Shown here: one piece after another, positions 12,101 to 18,326 of the stretch
How the letters are laid out: each line of letters begins with the position of its first letter
Position numbering within the stretch: position 1 is the first letter of the stretch
Origin: an uncultured Hyphomicrobiales bacterium
Lineage (GTDB): Bacteria; Bacteroidota; Ignavibacteria; Kapaibacteriales; Kapaibacteriaceae
DNA length: 64,000 bases
Assembly (NCBI GenBank): GCA_964620125.1
Contig: CAZUGQ010000006.1
Location: forward strand, 6,216 to 70,215
Reading direction: 5' to 3'
The notes under the pieces: model-generated
Told to the model about the DNA's origin: nothing
The model's input: only the letters and a program-made list of their open reading frames with translations
Databases searched by the model: none
Translations under genes and position numbers: made by a program

Positions 12101-12294
12101 TGGCTGGTAATCGATGCAGTGATGTTAAACGCAACACCTTCGCACTGCGGCGATGCCAGCGAGGTCGCAATCGTAATCTGCGACCAAAGACTCGGTGGCG
12201 TGACGGCTCCCAGCATAAGTGCTAGAAGGAACGTCAGCACCACGAACCCTGAACGCCGTTGCGCCCCTAGAGTCGTGGAACCAAAGGATGTCAT
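1..12294 (-). CDS. Giant (>4,100 aa, 3' end beyond window start) T9SS-sorted cell-surface adhesin-like protein. It has a signal peptide, a ~330-aa N-terminal NIDO-like domain, about 40 tandem ~85-aa Ig-like beta-sandwich domains each with a conserved Cys pair, and a C-terminal T9SS sorting domain.
   Basis: Reverse-strand frame is open from the ATG at 12294..12292 (preceded by GGAGGA at a 5-nt spacer) to the window edge. The plus-strand track shows only short antisense fragments. The N-terminal translation MTSFGSTTLGAQRRSGFVVLTFLLALMLGAVTPPSLWSQ is a signal peptide. The recurrent motif is ...C...Y.W...GG.I.SG.GT..I.V.W...G...V.V.E....GC... The minus-strand translation of 1..180 reads ...HAPELHVFPNPTSGLFNIEAANLEAGDVRIELVNNLGEVVYTINEAFGGGTFKTSVNMGT, a typical Por_Secre_tail. 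Confidence 0.85.
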   Translation of the reverse strand, partial: MTSFGSTTLGAQRRSGFVVLTFLLALMLGAVTPPSLWSQITIATSLASPQCEGVAFNITASITSQDVPQPSAPAALLWPGGMLGQNAGGVANGPVNNLALGDDGISGEQNPQQTGGADFEFSFYGELLNLTNDGFYVASNGFITFLNGVDAGIIPANVPNVNGPNKTVILGNVDLDPAAGGNIWWQVQEDANGNYLVITYENVPFVNPFQANVVNMQLIIYEDGYAGTPSRIEWRLDDVPNPGAGFYGVFAGFENECGTAGNAVYQNALVNYAAINDEAYTSDPILVGPPYADVDIEYFDGATSMGTAGTFTPGVDPFIPPAFAVPPAFRTPGTHSYSAVVTYTFNGCETSQVTSNTVNFQVVALPVAQVITLGANRCGDATTTAGVPNSNAPNTFHWSSPSPAVTAFVPNNNNAAQNTTIFFNNALLAQGGTSVTINMEEQTSVPIVCASNPDATITSTFYRTPGVETPAGITGPGVNTAVNQPGNPCAGTTAIYTQAGASGVGATAPATLYRWVLTGAPVGTTMNGNPVSGGTVTVTTQHPTNTVSIAWPASTSHYSASLTVQPSNGTGGAAGVPGSNRSCAGPTSVVHTLQVNGVPAAATVVQTPAGTVCEQDNRTYSIAATPGSSYTWSITPGTAGVNWNATIPAPPNNHTITIDWLLPGTYSVSVTETTSGGCVRVHNPLNNIVVNPLPNPTWLLNPSQGCTYIGGTLESGRALYEYTYRILGVSGRSYNFTVLNGIFTNTNTSNWLVNGAGANLDAIVRWSLPGANWVSVTETIIATGCAVTITQNVTVTESPTPKTISGPGYVTPIAGNPCAGTGPHTYQISGPWPNGNNWSVSVLSGGVVSVALNLANGQFGVTYNAGVTSARIRITETNPAAPGCVTEREFNITVNPQPTGTVSVVPTAVCNGDGGVATFNPGVGTVLPGATYLWSTTTPLNIALTPPLNLPSVAFTATNPGPGVASGNLTITVTNPGVGGCAVAFTQSVNIVPDPTVLAPTVPVPICVGGTYAITGNASAYPGGGVTRNWNFQLTPVGAYSGAAPLSTSFNLNAAAAVWNVTIGDSSLADILAGGSFNLTITVTDNLSPASCATVGNFGPFTVETRPVRPLLDFPNPQVVCDGAYPQVYNITNYLPGLYSYSLATSAAVSAFVAPTFTVNDWGAPGAHTVDLTATDLITGCTRVQHYDITVVAQPVNPQPAPVITNATQDELCVDSLYFDNPSVVGPLAIDPTRIITYSAPVPLANHWYQWYVTNGFIITGTPGSYVSVGQFTTAALNATSCQVVWTGPTPGKVKYLVFTSDPNNPPPAACFATSIEPTLNLPLIPTVPLTFTTSSSAPGNKICEGETVDLILSSSEIGLDYRVEEWNGTSWVNTGVTPVAGTGAALNITVPASVLTITTSPITDHVFRITAKDQTFTPDISGPCEWLRTATDVITIQVYDTPNDIPVTITTTLVCEGDNVLVDVGTVGQPAQPHVMYELYRRQIFPVVGAYVGPIVSQMGIAPTITLTDNTTAGIGTGGPLLAVDNYEYEVRAFIPPAPLLPPASGCPATMTAHPTARIFEDPADPTVTFFPNPICWEEMLTVNLANTEAGVEYEVNVNGSFLSPQVILQGTGGAVSAMFNVAQIQPTNPVNFTVVNNVQVEARLVQNATYTRPIPTSACPVNYGTTNITVYEKPVAVVNGPTNSCGPSTATYTADPVTPAPPMYFSWLITTVPPAGTTPTFANPTISGTVNPFVVDWGIHLLNCDGTYNPLAQTIRMIATNSWGCTDTAFYNVTIEPTVADADIQGPTSSCIYGGFEEHLDTFYVERPAPCVFPAGTTYLWTMPSGVVSGAIRSGQFTPGIVAEWYTTGGTNIGTVQCDITLPPSHGGCTTTLLHDVVVYPLPVPVINGPTTVCQGDQNRVYTADNYPSDTYNWQVIGGTIDGGLGAGIVGDTAKRSGVGLNTISIDWLDTPNPNAFIRLRQVSSVGCMNVTTFNVVVNPTPVPVINGADKTCDNSVYTYSTANNAPNNTYLWTVLAGGNATITGGANTATATVLTGDIGGGSSFTLQLTETVLATNCTETVTKVVTIVEKPNPTITRVAPAGGAVGGACLGQTITYGNTDPVAPNPTYNYKWNVSNGAVVGTDEASTVVVTWNTVGTGTVTLNKWHTGSQCTTTVSQDVTITNAPAPTISGPLNVCGESSHTYSTPFIAGNTYAWSISGNGTITGGGTTSAATILFNNPTPGNTLAATIGVTETNTLSGCSASTNISVTIRYQPQVVTITRVSPAGPVNQACNNSTIVYSVPNNTDAIYQWSVTGGTIVSGGTTNQVTVQWTNVGTQTLTLVEKDETETCMATSTLNVGVTYQPVPAITGDAMPCTEDTRVYSTPDVPGSTYLWSLPSAGGTIMSGTTSHQVTVMWTLQGTRTVQVVETNGNCTATATLTVTVGKTPTSTAIARISPTGGVAIACVNQVITYGTSNNVGNTYLWNVTGGNFVGGINNTFQVSIEWTTVGAQTITLKETTAGTTCSKTVTQVVNVEDQPAPTIAGPTPVCTDDMSTYSVTAVAGHTYSWSISGGGTIMSSTTSNSLTVEWTTPGTWTVNVVQTNGTGNCFANASLLVTVGQTPTQTEITGDATVCYGSTETYSVTNVAGQSYTWTVTGGSIVSGAGTSSINVQWTSIGNQTVVVEIGTIGTNCETELFKNVSVEDQPAPSITGPAVVCTDDIATYGVNPVAGHTYAWTISGGGSIMSGVNSHEMTVEWSTGGTHTVTVVQTNGTGNCSALATLSVSVGQTPIQTSIAGDATVCHGSVEAYSVTNIAGQTYVWTVTGGVIVSGAGTSTINVEWTALGTNVVTVEISTNGTNCEKTLTLDVTVEEQPNPSIAGPNVVCTGDIASYSVAAVPGHSYLWSLSGGGSFTSGTVAPTATIQWTTAGTHTVTLKQDNATGNCTKTTTLSVLVNQTPVQTSIAGDATVCNGSVEAYSVTSIPGQSYIWTVTGGTITSGAGTNAITIQWTAMGLQTVEVEIQTIGTNCKVTLTKNVTVEFQPAPSISGDANVCTDTEESYSTPANAGSTYLWTVTGGIITSGVTSNEVTVKWTTAGTQTLTVTEKNASGNCQATATMSVIVSPKPSTTNITRLTPTGPVDQACETDVITYSTPFNATSSYQWTVTGGNIIGSSTSNTVTIKWTSLGNQTLTVVETTTGTDCQTTDVQNVTVTYKPAPNINGANVACINKDHVYFTPFVVGSAYAWSITPTNAFAPIVGYPNSNSIEIKWIQPGLHTVTVTETNIAGGCSTTVSMQVQVNEIPTPFISSTTGYGNPAGRRPGIVCNFSTHTYTTFATPGNTFVWAVTGGTIVSGQYTNTVQVTWGPAGQGTLSVTETIPGSDCITTDRDTFDIRPTPSPNITGNLNPCGNSVETYTTPFVTGNSYTWTVVGGTIISGQGTNTISVSWQNPSWPNTIAGSVSVTEWVTDVLPSMSCINSNTRSITVRPNPPVPTITGPSVVCATDLGDNPQTDNMVTYSTSIPATGSAQGFINYQWTVSSNGSIVGTSTSTSVNVRWTNAGSTPTTGTVTITQTSTWGCVVTASLNVTINPLPNPVVSGPTSVCLNTIHTYSTPGLPGHSYSWVVSGGNIIRSGQGTPNITVEWTVPGTHAVTVTETNTYGCVARNSLNVTVNELPSVTITASGPTTFCQGGDVTLSAPVGFASYVWNTGETSRSIVVHTGGSYFVRVTDENGCVGTSNTIVVNVFPSSLPIITVSGPTTFCEGGSVTLTAPSGFATYLWSTGANTQSIVVTEAGSYTVTVADGNGCTGTSTEVDVFVNSKPTPVLTVVGSTTVCSGDSVEVRAPNGYVSYTWRSERNINYGTGRSIFVKQTDTIYCEVVDANGCVGVSDTVIITVSPVPAPIVIPNGPTTFCDGGSVVLSAPDGYSSYFWSNGATTREITVVDGGSYTVVVTNNASCEAASVPTDVVVNPLPARPSITRSGDTLYANSAVARGYQWYRATGMPGQYAPISGATAHYLLVNTSGTYRVEIQDDNTCSSVSDGYDVTLTDVNDVVFAGHAPELHVFPNPTSGLFNIEAANLEAGDVRIELVNNLGEVVYTINEAFGGGTFKTSVNMGT
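2950..5300 (-). repeat. DNA-level periodic array (~510-nt period) of alternating A/B domain-pair repeats inside the giant gene. Copies are diverged at roughly 70-80% identity.
   Basis: Recurrent stretches such as ccaccgctgatggtccatgcatacgtatgacctgcaac / ccaccgctgattgaccaggagtatgtgtggccagcaac and gttaccgtccagatgtaggactgacctgg / gtaacagtccaaacgtaggtctgacctgc recur at ~510-nt spacing. The encoded protein motifs are AGQ.Y.W.VTGG.I.SGAGT..I.V.WT (type A) and AGH.Y.W.ISGGG.IMS (type B). Confidence 0.6.
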
Positions 12295-12367
12295 ACGATC
12301 CTCCGAAGAAGTGTAATGATTGATACAGGTTGTTTGCGTGTTGGAAATGGCCGCTGCCAGTGCAGCA

Positions 12368-12395
12368 AACGCCGAAAGGCGCCCTCGGCGCCGCG
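12368..12395 (-). promoter_or_regulatory. GC-rich palindromic element (CGCCGAAAGGCG overlapping GGCGCC-CTC-GGCGCC) in the leader, ~85 nt upstream of the giant gene start. Possible 5'-UTR structure.
   Basis: Self-complementary GGCGCC hexamers separated by 3 nt, plus an adjacent CGCC/GGCG stem with a GAAA tetraloop, seen directly in sequence. Confidence 0.25.
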
Positions 12396-12673
12396 TTGCA
12401 ATCTGGTTTTTTCGTGGACCGATTGTGCTCGATCCGGCCCCAATGTAGCTATCCATCATACTCGGCTAGTTCTCCGTTCCAGTGCAAAGGAACGGCGCAC
12501 ACCACCCCCAAACCGGGCGTGCGGTGTCGTCAAAGCGCCGCTAAAATACCGCAGGCTGGCATACGCGCCAAACAACATTTGACCACATCCGAAAGATGTT
12601 ACCAACGTCAACTGCCGTTTACACTCCGTAATACACATCTGCATGTGTTGTCCGTACCCTAACGATGAACAAA

Positions 12674-12697
12674 CACCTGTGAAAAACGCTTCACAGG
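12674..12697 (-). terminator. Candidate intrinsic terminator downstream of obgE (9-bp perfect stem ACCTGTGAA/TTCACAGGT, 6-nt loop) followed by GTTTGTT on the transcribed strand
   Basis: Perfect inverted repeat ~100 nt after the obgE stop. It is followed by a short U-rich stretch and separates the obgE operon from the giant-gene promoter region. Confidence 0.4.
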
Positions 12698-12800
12698 TCA
12701 CACCGACAAGGTCCCACTACGCGCCTGATATTACAGGACTTGCGTTAAAGGACCCTCACATCCAGCAACATTGTCTCAATGATTGTGCCAAACTTGTGTT

Positions 12801-13817
12801 TTATCCGTAGGTAATCCGTTCCGCCAGCACAGGTTGCCATAACTCTTCGAGAAGTTCGTGCACGCCACGCCCAGTAACTGAGGATATCAGCCGCGCACCA
12901 TGACTTCGCACAAAGCTACTCTGTTCCAACTCCTGCAGCTCGTTAGGCTGTAGCACATCCACCCGGCTCAGGACTACTAAGGATGGTTTGTCCAGCATGC
13001 CCTCGGCATACTGGCGTAGCTCATTGCGCAATGTGCTCAGATCGTGCTCTGGATTGGGCGAGCCTGCATCGATCATGAAAACCAGCACGGCCGTGCGCTC
13101 AACATGCCTCAAAAATTGGTGCCCAAGCCCCCTTCCCTGATGGGCTCCTTCGATCAACCCTGGTATGTCTGCCACAGTAAAGGAACGGCCTTCACCTAGC
13201 CGTACCATCCCAAGATTGGGTACAAGCGTGGTAAACGGATAGTCAGCAATCTTGGGACGTGCGGCGGAAATCACACTGATGAAGGTGCTCTTCCCAACAT
13301 TGGGGAAACCAACAAGGCCTACATCAGCCAGCAGCTTCAGCTCAAGATCCACGGTAAGCTCTTCGCCCGGCGTACCCGGCTCGGCATATCGGGGAGCTTG
13401 GTTTACTGAGGTTGCAAACTCGCTATTGCCACGCCCCCCCCTTCCTCCACGCGCAAGAACGATGCGTTCACCGTCTGTGCGCATGTCTGCTATCTGCTCA
13501 CCGGTATCATGATTCCGAATCACTGTACCACAGGGTACACGGATCGTTACGTTGGAACCACTCTTGCCTGTACACCGGCTGCGCCCACCTTCGGCTCCAT
13601 GGGCAGCCTTGTATGATCGTTTGTAGGTAAAGTCTAACAAGGTGCCAAGCTGCCGATCGGCAATCACCACTACGTCTCCACCGTCGCCACCGTTGCCACC
13701 GTCGGGTCCCCCTTGGGGTACAAATTTCTCGCGCCGAAAACTGATATGCCCCTTTCCACCATTTCCTGCGGCAACAGTAATGGTGGCCGTATCAACAAAC
13801 CCCGAGCCGGTACTCAT
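12801..13817 (-). CDS. obgE: GTPase ObgE/CgtA
   Basis: N-terminal Obg fold (FVD.A.I.V.AG.GG.G..SFRREK..P.GGPDGG.GG.GG.V) followed by a G-domain with GFPNVGKST, DIPGLIEGA and the C-terminal region. Confidence 0.9.
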   Translation of the reverse strand: MSTGSGFVDTATITVAAGNGGKGHISFRREKFVPQGGPDGGNGGDGGDVVVIADRQLGTLLDFTYKRSYKAAHGAEGGRSRCTGKSGSNVTIRVPCGTVIRNHDTGEQIADMRTDGERIVLARGGRGGRGNSEFATSVNQAPRYAEPGTPGEELTVDLELKLLADVGLVGFPNVGKSTFISVISAARPKIADYPFTTLVPNLGMVRLGEGRSFTVADIPGLIEGAHQGRGLGHQFLRHVERTAVLVFMIDAGSPNPEHDLSTLRNELRQYAEGMLDKPSLVVLSRVDVLQPNELQELEQSSFVRSHGARLISSVTGRGVHELLEELWQPVLAERITYG

Positions 13818-14935
13818 CGGTACACCTGATTCAAGGCATGAGCAAACTCCATTGCTACGGTTCCGTTAGGCTCCACCCCATTGTGCGCAAACCAAAGATC
13901 CAAACGCACGGCTGCCTCCCGCCACGAACCAGCTTCAAGGAGTTCGGCTACTGTTGCGTCCATTCGATCAAGGTCGCTGCTAAAAAGCCGCTCGAGGAAT
14001 CGCTTCTGAAGCGAGGCCTCTACCTGACTCTGAAATCGATGCAATCGGTCGGTGCCAGAGTTAGTTGAACGAGGTGTTTCGACTTCAACGTCCGGATTGG
14101 AAGGGGGCTCACCACTCGCGGGAGTGGGAACCTGCGTTTGCTTCTCAATGTCGGCAATAACTCCATCGATCACGTCAATGAGCTTGGTACGGGTTAGGTA
14201 CCGCACATCCTCTCTGTACAACAATCGCTCCAAAGCCTGCGAAATGGGGATGGCTCCTTTGTCGTCCAGAAAAATGATCACCGCCTCGGTTGGTACACTT
14301 TCGGGCAGTAGGTCTGGATTGTGCTCTGCAAAGAACTCAAACATGGGATCGAGGAGCCGCACAAAATCATGCTGTGAAAGGTCGAGGATGGCGTCGTTAT
14401 CCACCTTCTCAACGATTCGCTCAAACTCGATGATTGACAGAATTTCTAGAGTAGGACTGCCATCGGCACCACGTGCGTTGGCCCAACTGCGTATTCCATC
14501 GGTGATATACGAATAGTCGTACAGGTATGCCAACCGTAACAACACTTCGTGTAAGGGCTTGGTTGGCTCTCCACGATACACAAACCACTTGAGAGTTGTG
14601 CGAGGCCTACACAAATAGTTGAGCCGCGTTTTGATAGCAGCGTCGATCGTCGACGTTAGCTCTTCGTGGTCAAACCGTGCCGTTCGAACGTAAGCTTCGT
14701 CGAGTCGGGGGAATAACTCCCGAAATGCAGGGTCGGAAGTGTCAAAGCGCGGATTGGATGATCGTATAGCTCGCTCCTCATGCACCCACCACGCTACTTC
14801 CGCTCCAAAAAAGGTTCGGTAGGCTGGATGCACGGAGCCATTGGTTTGTATGGCGTGCAAAGAAAGGTAGGGGGTAGAGCTGGCGAGCTGTTGCCGAAGC
14901 GACTTTCGCGCGCGCTCGAGTTCCTTTTCGAACAT
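13814..14935 (-). CDS. Hypothetical protein (373 aa) with no recognisable family. Its stop overlaps the obgE start by ATGA.
   Basis: Long ORF. Its 4-nt overlap with obgE indicates co-translation. Confidence 0.5.
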   Translation of the reverse strand: MFEKELERARKSLRQQLASSTPYLSLHAIQTNGSVHPAYRTFFGAEVAWWVHEERAIRSSNPRFDTSDPAFRELFPRLDEAYVRTARFDHEELTSTIDAAIKTRLNYLCRPRTTLKWFVYRGEPTKPLHEVLLRLAYLYDYSYITDGIRSWANARGADGSPTLEILSIIEFERIVEKVDNDAILDLSQHDFVRLLDPMFEFFAEHNPDLLPESVPTEAVIIFLDDKGAIPISQALERLLYREDVRYLTRTKLIDVIDGVIADIEKQTQVPTPASGEPPSNPDVEVETPRSTNSGTDRLHRFQSQVEASLQKRFLERLFSSDLDRMDATVAELLEAGSWREAAVRLDLWFAHNGVEPNGTVAMEFAHALNQVYR

Positions 14936-14978
14936 GGGTCCCGAAGCGAATGCTGCAGCAGCAAATTACGCACCGCCG

Positions 14979-15347
14979 TCATTCCCCGGCGATAATTCCG
15001 TCGTGCACCGGCCCGGGATGCTGCGAACTGGACAAGGGGTACCTGGTTTCTTCCTGCACAGCAGCAGGCGGTAGGTGAAGAAGGTTGGCCGGACGGTTTC
15101 GTACATCCGGAACATGGGCAACACGTACCACGGGTTGCCTAAGCCCTAACCACAGGCTCAACACTGCCGCTAGGCCAAGCACAACGAAAACAGGTGTCCA
15201 GCCCGAAGTAGATGTAGCCCGGGTGATCACTGTACCATCGAAAGTGGCGGGTGCTTCGGCCTGGGGCAGGGTTGCCATCCAGGCACGAATAACAACTTGC
15301 TCGTCGAAATCGTCAGGCACTGGCGTTGTAGGGAGTTTCGTATTCAT
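14979..15347 (-). CDS. Putative anti-sigma factor: single-pass membrane protein whose start overlaps the stop of the ECF sigma factor gene (ATGA)
   Basis: 122 aa with one TM segment (WTPVFVVLGLAAVLSLWLGL). Its position immediately downstream of the ECF sigma gene with a 4-nt overlap supports the call. Confidence 0.45.
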   Translation of the reverse strand: MNTKLPTTPVPDDFDEQVVIRAWMATLPQAEAPATFDGTVITRATSTSGWTPVFVVLGLAAVLSLWLGLRQPVVRVAHVPDVRNRPANLLHLPPAAVQEETRYPLSSSQHPGPVHDGIIAGE

Positions 15348-15949
15348 GGCATTGCACCGTCGTCGTGTCCAAAAACTTCCTGGTACAAACCATGCAGATG
15401 CGTCTGCAACTGCTGTCTGCCCCGGTTGATGCGACTCTTAACCGTTCCCAGTTCCGTGTTGGTAATCGAGGCGATCTCCTCGTAGCTCATCTGCTGGATA
15501 TCACGCATGACTACCATTTCCCGATAGGACGGGGATACGCGCATGAGGGCTTTTTGCACCTCCTGCGAGATCCGTGTGGAGTCCACCCGCTCGTCGGGCC
15601 GGTACTGTTCGTCCGGTATGTCCCACGTCTCGGCGTCGTCTCCCTTACCGAAAACTGCACTGAGCAGTGAGCCGTGTTTCCGACGGTAGCGCTTGAGTTC
15701 GGACCGTGCAAGATTGGCTGCAATGGTATACAGCCACGTTGAGAACTTTACCTCTCCCTGGAATGTGTGACCGAATCGGTACACACGGATGAACGTTTCC
15801 TGAGCAACGTCAACGGCATCATCATAATCACCAAGAAACCGATACACAAAGTTCAGGATGGGTTCACGATACCTCTTCATGAGATCCTTGAAGGCCCGTT
15901 CGTTTCCAGTAAGGAACTGCTGGAGCAGCTGCTCGTCCGTGGTCACCAT
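15344..15949 (-). CDS. ECF-family RNA polymerase sigma-70 factor (start chosen at MVTTDEQLL)
   Basis: Sigma-70 region 2 (FIRVYRF..F.....FSTWLYTIAANLARSELKR) and region 4 (MSYEEIASITNTELGTVKSRINRGRQQL). The listed ORF start at 16063 would overlap radA, so the internal ATG at 15949 is preferred. Confidence 0.8.
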   Translation of the reverse strand: MVTTDEQLLQQFLTGNERAFKDLMKRYREPILNFVYRFLGDYDDAVDVAQETFIRVYRFGHTFQGEVKFSTWLYTIAANLARSELKRYRRKHGSLLSAVFGKGDDAETWDIPDEQYRPDERVDSTRISQEVQKALMRVSPSYREMVVMRDIQQMSYEEIASITNTELGTVKSRINRGRQQLQTHLHGLYQEVFGHDDGAMP

Positions 15950-15989
15950 GGTCTCATTCCTAGCTTGGCGGTGGTTAGACGTGTCACGG

Positions 15990-17348
15990 CTAATCGAGTT
16001 CCCGTGAGGTGAGTGCCAAGCTAATGGCATCCGGAAGTCTCCGCACAGGAGTTGCTGCCGCAATGGTCTGGTTCTCCCCTGCTGGTACGACGAGCTTCCC
16101 TACCCCTAGGCGCACAGCTTCCTGAACGCGCTGCTCGAGGAAGCCTACTCGTCGGACCTCGCCCGTAAGGCCAAGCTCGCCAACAAATGCCACCTCGGGT
16201 GGCAGTGGCCGGTCGGTGGCACTGGAGGCCACGGCCATGGCTATTCCCAAATCCATTGCGGGGTCCTGGATGGTAAGGCCCCCGGCTACGTTCACGAACA
16301 CATCTTGCTGACGGACGGAAATCCCCCCCCTCTTTTCCAGCACTGCCAGTATGAGCTGCAGCCTTCGCCCATCATAGCCGTTGCTCACGCGCTGTGGAGT
16401 GGCATACCCACTTGCAGAAACCAGTGCCTGCACCTCGATAAGCAGTGGCCGCGTGCCTTCCATAACAGCCACCACAGCAGTACCTGGCTCCTGAGTGTTT
16501 CGGTTGGAAAGCAATACCTCGCTTGGGTTGGGAACCTGAGAAAGCCCACCACTGGTCATCTCAAACACACCTATCTCATTGGTGGATCCGTAACGGTTCT
16601 TGAGTGACCGAACGATGCGGTAGGCATACATGCCATCACCTTCAAACTGCAACACGGTGTCTACGATATGTTCTAACACCTTGGGTCCGGCAAGGTATCC
16701 GTCCTTGGTTACATGTCCAATGAGCACAAGAGGCACACCACTCGTCTTGGCAACCTTTGTAAGCAATGATGCACACTCACGCACCTGCGCAACAGACCCT
16801 GTGGAGCTTTCCAATGCGTCGGTGCTCATGGTTTGGATACTGTCAACAACGGCAACAGCGGGCCGCATGTCCAATATCATGGCGGCAATGTTCTCTACGA
16901 TGGTTTCGCTTGCTACGCGCACGTGCTGCACATCAATCGCAAGCCTGTCCGCCCGATGGCGAATCTGATGCAAGCTCTCCTCTCCCGTTACGTAGAGTGC
17001 CGAAGCCCCCTGACGTCCGATGGCTGCACACACCTGCAACGTTAGGGTGCTCTTTCCCATGCCGGGATCTCCACCAAGCAGCACAACACCACCACTCACG
17101 AGTCCGCCACCCAGTACACGATCGAACTCGCGCAACCCTGTTGGCGTGCGGGCCGCCGTGGCAAGGTCAACGTCGCTCAAGGTAACGGCACTTGCTATGG
17201 CCGATACATGCCCCTTGGTGCGGGAGGGGGCTTTGGTTTCAGCTTCTTCGATAAGACTTTCCCATGTTCCGCATGCACTGCATCTCCCCATCCACTTGGG
17301 GGAAACATGGCCACAGGCCGAACATCGATACACGGAGCGGGTCTTCAT
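15990..17348 (-). CDS. radA: DNA repair protein RadA (Sms)
   Basis: N-terminal C4 zinc finger (YRCSACGHVSPKWMGRCSACGTW), RecA-like Walker A GDPGMGKST, KNRYG motif and a Lon-protease-like C-terminal domain. Confidence 0.9.
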   Translation of the reverse strand: MKTRSVYRCSACGHVSPKWMGRCSACGTWESLIEEAETKAPSRTKGHVSAIASAVTLSDVDLATAARTPTGLREFDRVLGGGLVSGGVVLLGGDPGMGKSTLTLQVCAAIGRQGASALYVTGEESLHQIRHRADRLAIDVQHVRVASETIVENIAAMILDMRPAVAVVDSIQTMSTDALESSTGSVAQVRECASLLTKVAKTSGVPLVLIGHVTKDGYLAGPKVLEHIVDTVLQFEGDGMYAYRIVRSLKNRYGSTNEIGVFEMTSGGLSQVPNPSEVLLSNRNTQEPGTAVVAVMEGTRPLLIEVQALVSASGYATPQRVSNGYDGRRLQLILAVLEKRGGISVRQQDVFVNVAGGLTIQDPAMDLGIAMAVASSATDRPLPPEVAFVGELGLTGEVRRVGFLEQRVQEAVRLGVGKLVVPAGENQTIAAATPVRRLPDAISLALTSRELD

Positions 17349-17379
17349 GCAGGGTTGCCAAAGCTAGTACATTCGCGAT

Positions 17380-18279
17380 GTGAACTCAGATCCCATCAGC
17401 GTAAAGGAAGCGTATTCGGTTTGCCGATCCGTTACACTTCGCCATGCGAAAACGTTCTATTTCGCATCCAACTTCCTACCACAAGACAAGCGCGATGCCT
17501 GCTATGCAGTGTATGCGTTCTGCAGGTACGTGGACGACATCGTTGACGTAGCCGTCGAGGAACAAGGTCTAACGGTTGACGATGCCATACACCTTGTGGA
17601 GAGATGGCGATCGGATGTGACATCGTTGTATGAACGGGGTAATGATCAGACAGTATCATCCCGAGAATCCGCCGCTGTGCTCCGTGCATGGGAAGATGTG
17701 TTGGCACGGTACCACATACCTCGGTCGTTACCCGAAACACTCATCGATGGGGTGTTGATGGACACGATGGTTACTCGATTCCAGACATTTGATGAGCTGC
17801 GCGAGTACTGCTATAAGGTGGCATCGGTTGTAGGACTGATGACAACGGAGATATTCGGCTATTCCAATCCTGCAGCACGCGATCATGCTGTTGACCTGGG
17901 AATTGCAATGCAGCTTACGAACATCATTCGTGATGTGAAAGAAGATGCAGAGCGTGGACGGATCTACCTGCCTTTGGACGAGTTGTTTGCACTTCAACTC
18001 ACGGAAGATGATGTGTTAAAGCAGCGCTGGTCCAGCGCCGTGGCCTCACTGATCCAAGTGTACGTGCAGAAGGCTGATGCGTACTACGAGAGTGCCAACC
18101 TAGGTATCAGCATGCTGCATCCGAACAGTAGGGTTACTGTGAGACTGATGAGTGCCAACTATCGCAAGATTCTTCGAGTTGTGGAACGGATGAACTACAA
18201 CGTTTTCCTTGGTCGCGCACACACAACCTTTTGGGAGAAGCTTGTGGAAGTACCGCGTGCGCTGTTTGCTCTTCCATGA
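17380..18279 (+). CDS. Phytoene/squalene synthase family protein (trans-isoprenyl diphosphate synthase, head-to-head)
   Basis: Asp-rich motifs YAFCRYVDDIVD and NIIRDVKEDAERGRIYLP, typical of CrtB/SQS/HpnD enzymes. Confidence 0.8.
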   Translation: MNSDPISVKEAYSVCRSVTLRHAKTFYFASNFLPQDKRDACYAVYAFCRYVDDIVDVAVEEQGLTVDDAIHLVERWRSDVTSLYERGNDQTVSSRESAAVLRAWEDVLARYHIPRSLPETLIDGVLMDTMVTRFQTFDELREYCYKVASVVGLMTTEIFGYSNPAARDHAVDLGIAMQLTNIIRDVKEDAERGRIYLPLDELFALQLTEDDVLKQRWSSAVASLIQVYVQKADAYYESANLGISMLHPNSRVTVRLMSANYRKILRVVERMNYNVFLGRAHTTFWEKLVEVPRALFALP

Positions 18280-18326
18280 TGTGACCAATGGATCCTTGAG
18301 CTGCGCGGATAAAGGCCAAGCAGGCT

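Noticed and set aside
854-12316. About 30 plus-strand ORFs of 60-196 aa listed in the track across the first 12.3 kb
   Set aside because: They are antisense to one continuous minus-strand reading frame with strong repeat-domain coding signal. Their translations are low-complexity T/V/G/S-rich mirror products, so they are not called as genes.
15950-16063. Longer N-terminal extension of the ECF sigma factor ORF (and similar extensions at 30077..30205, 54711..54764, 56506..56625, 42417..42473)
   Set aside because: Each extension overlaps the upstream gene and precedes the conserved family N-terminus. Internal ATGs give canonical-length proteins and restore tight non-overlapping or ATGA-coupled junctions.
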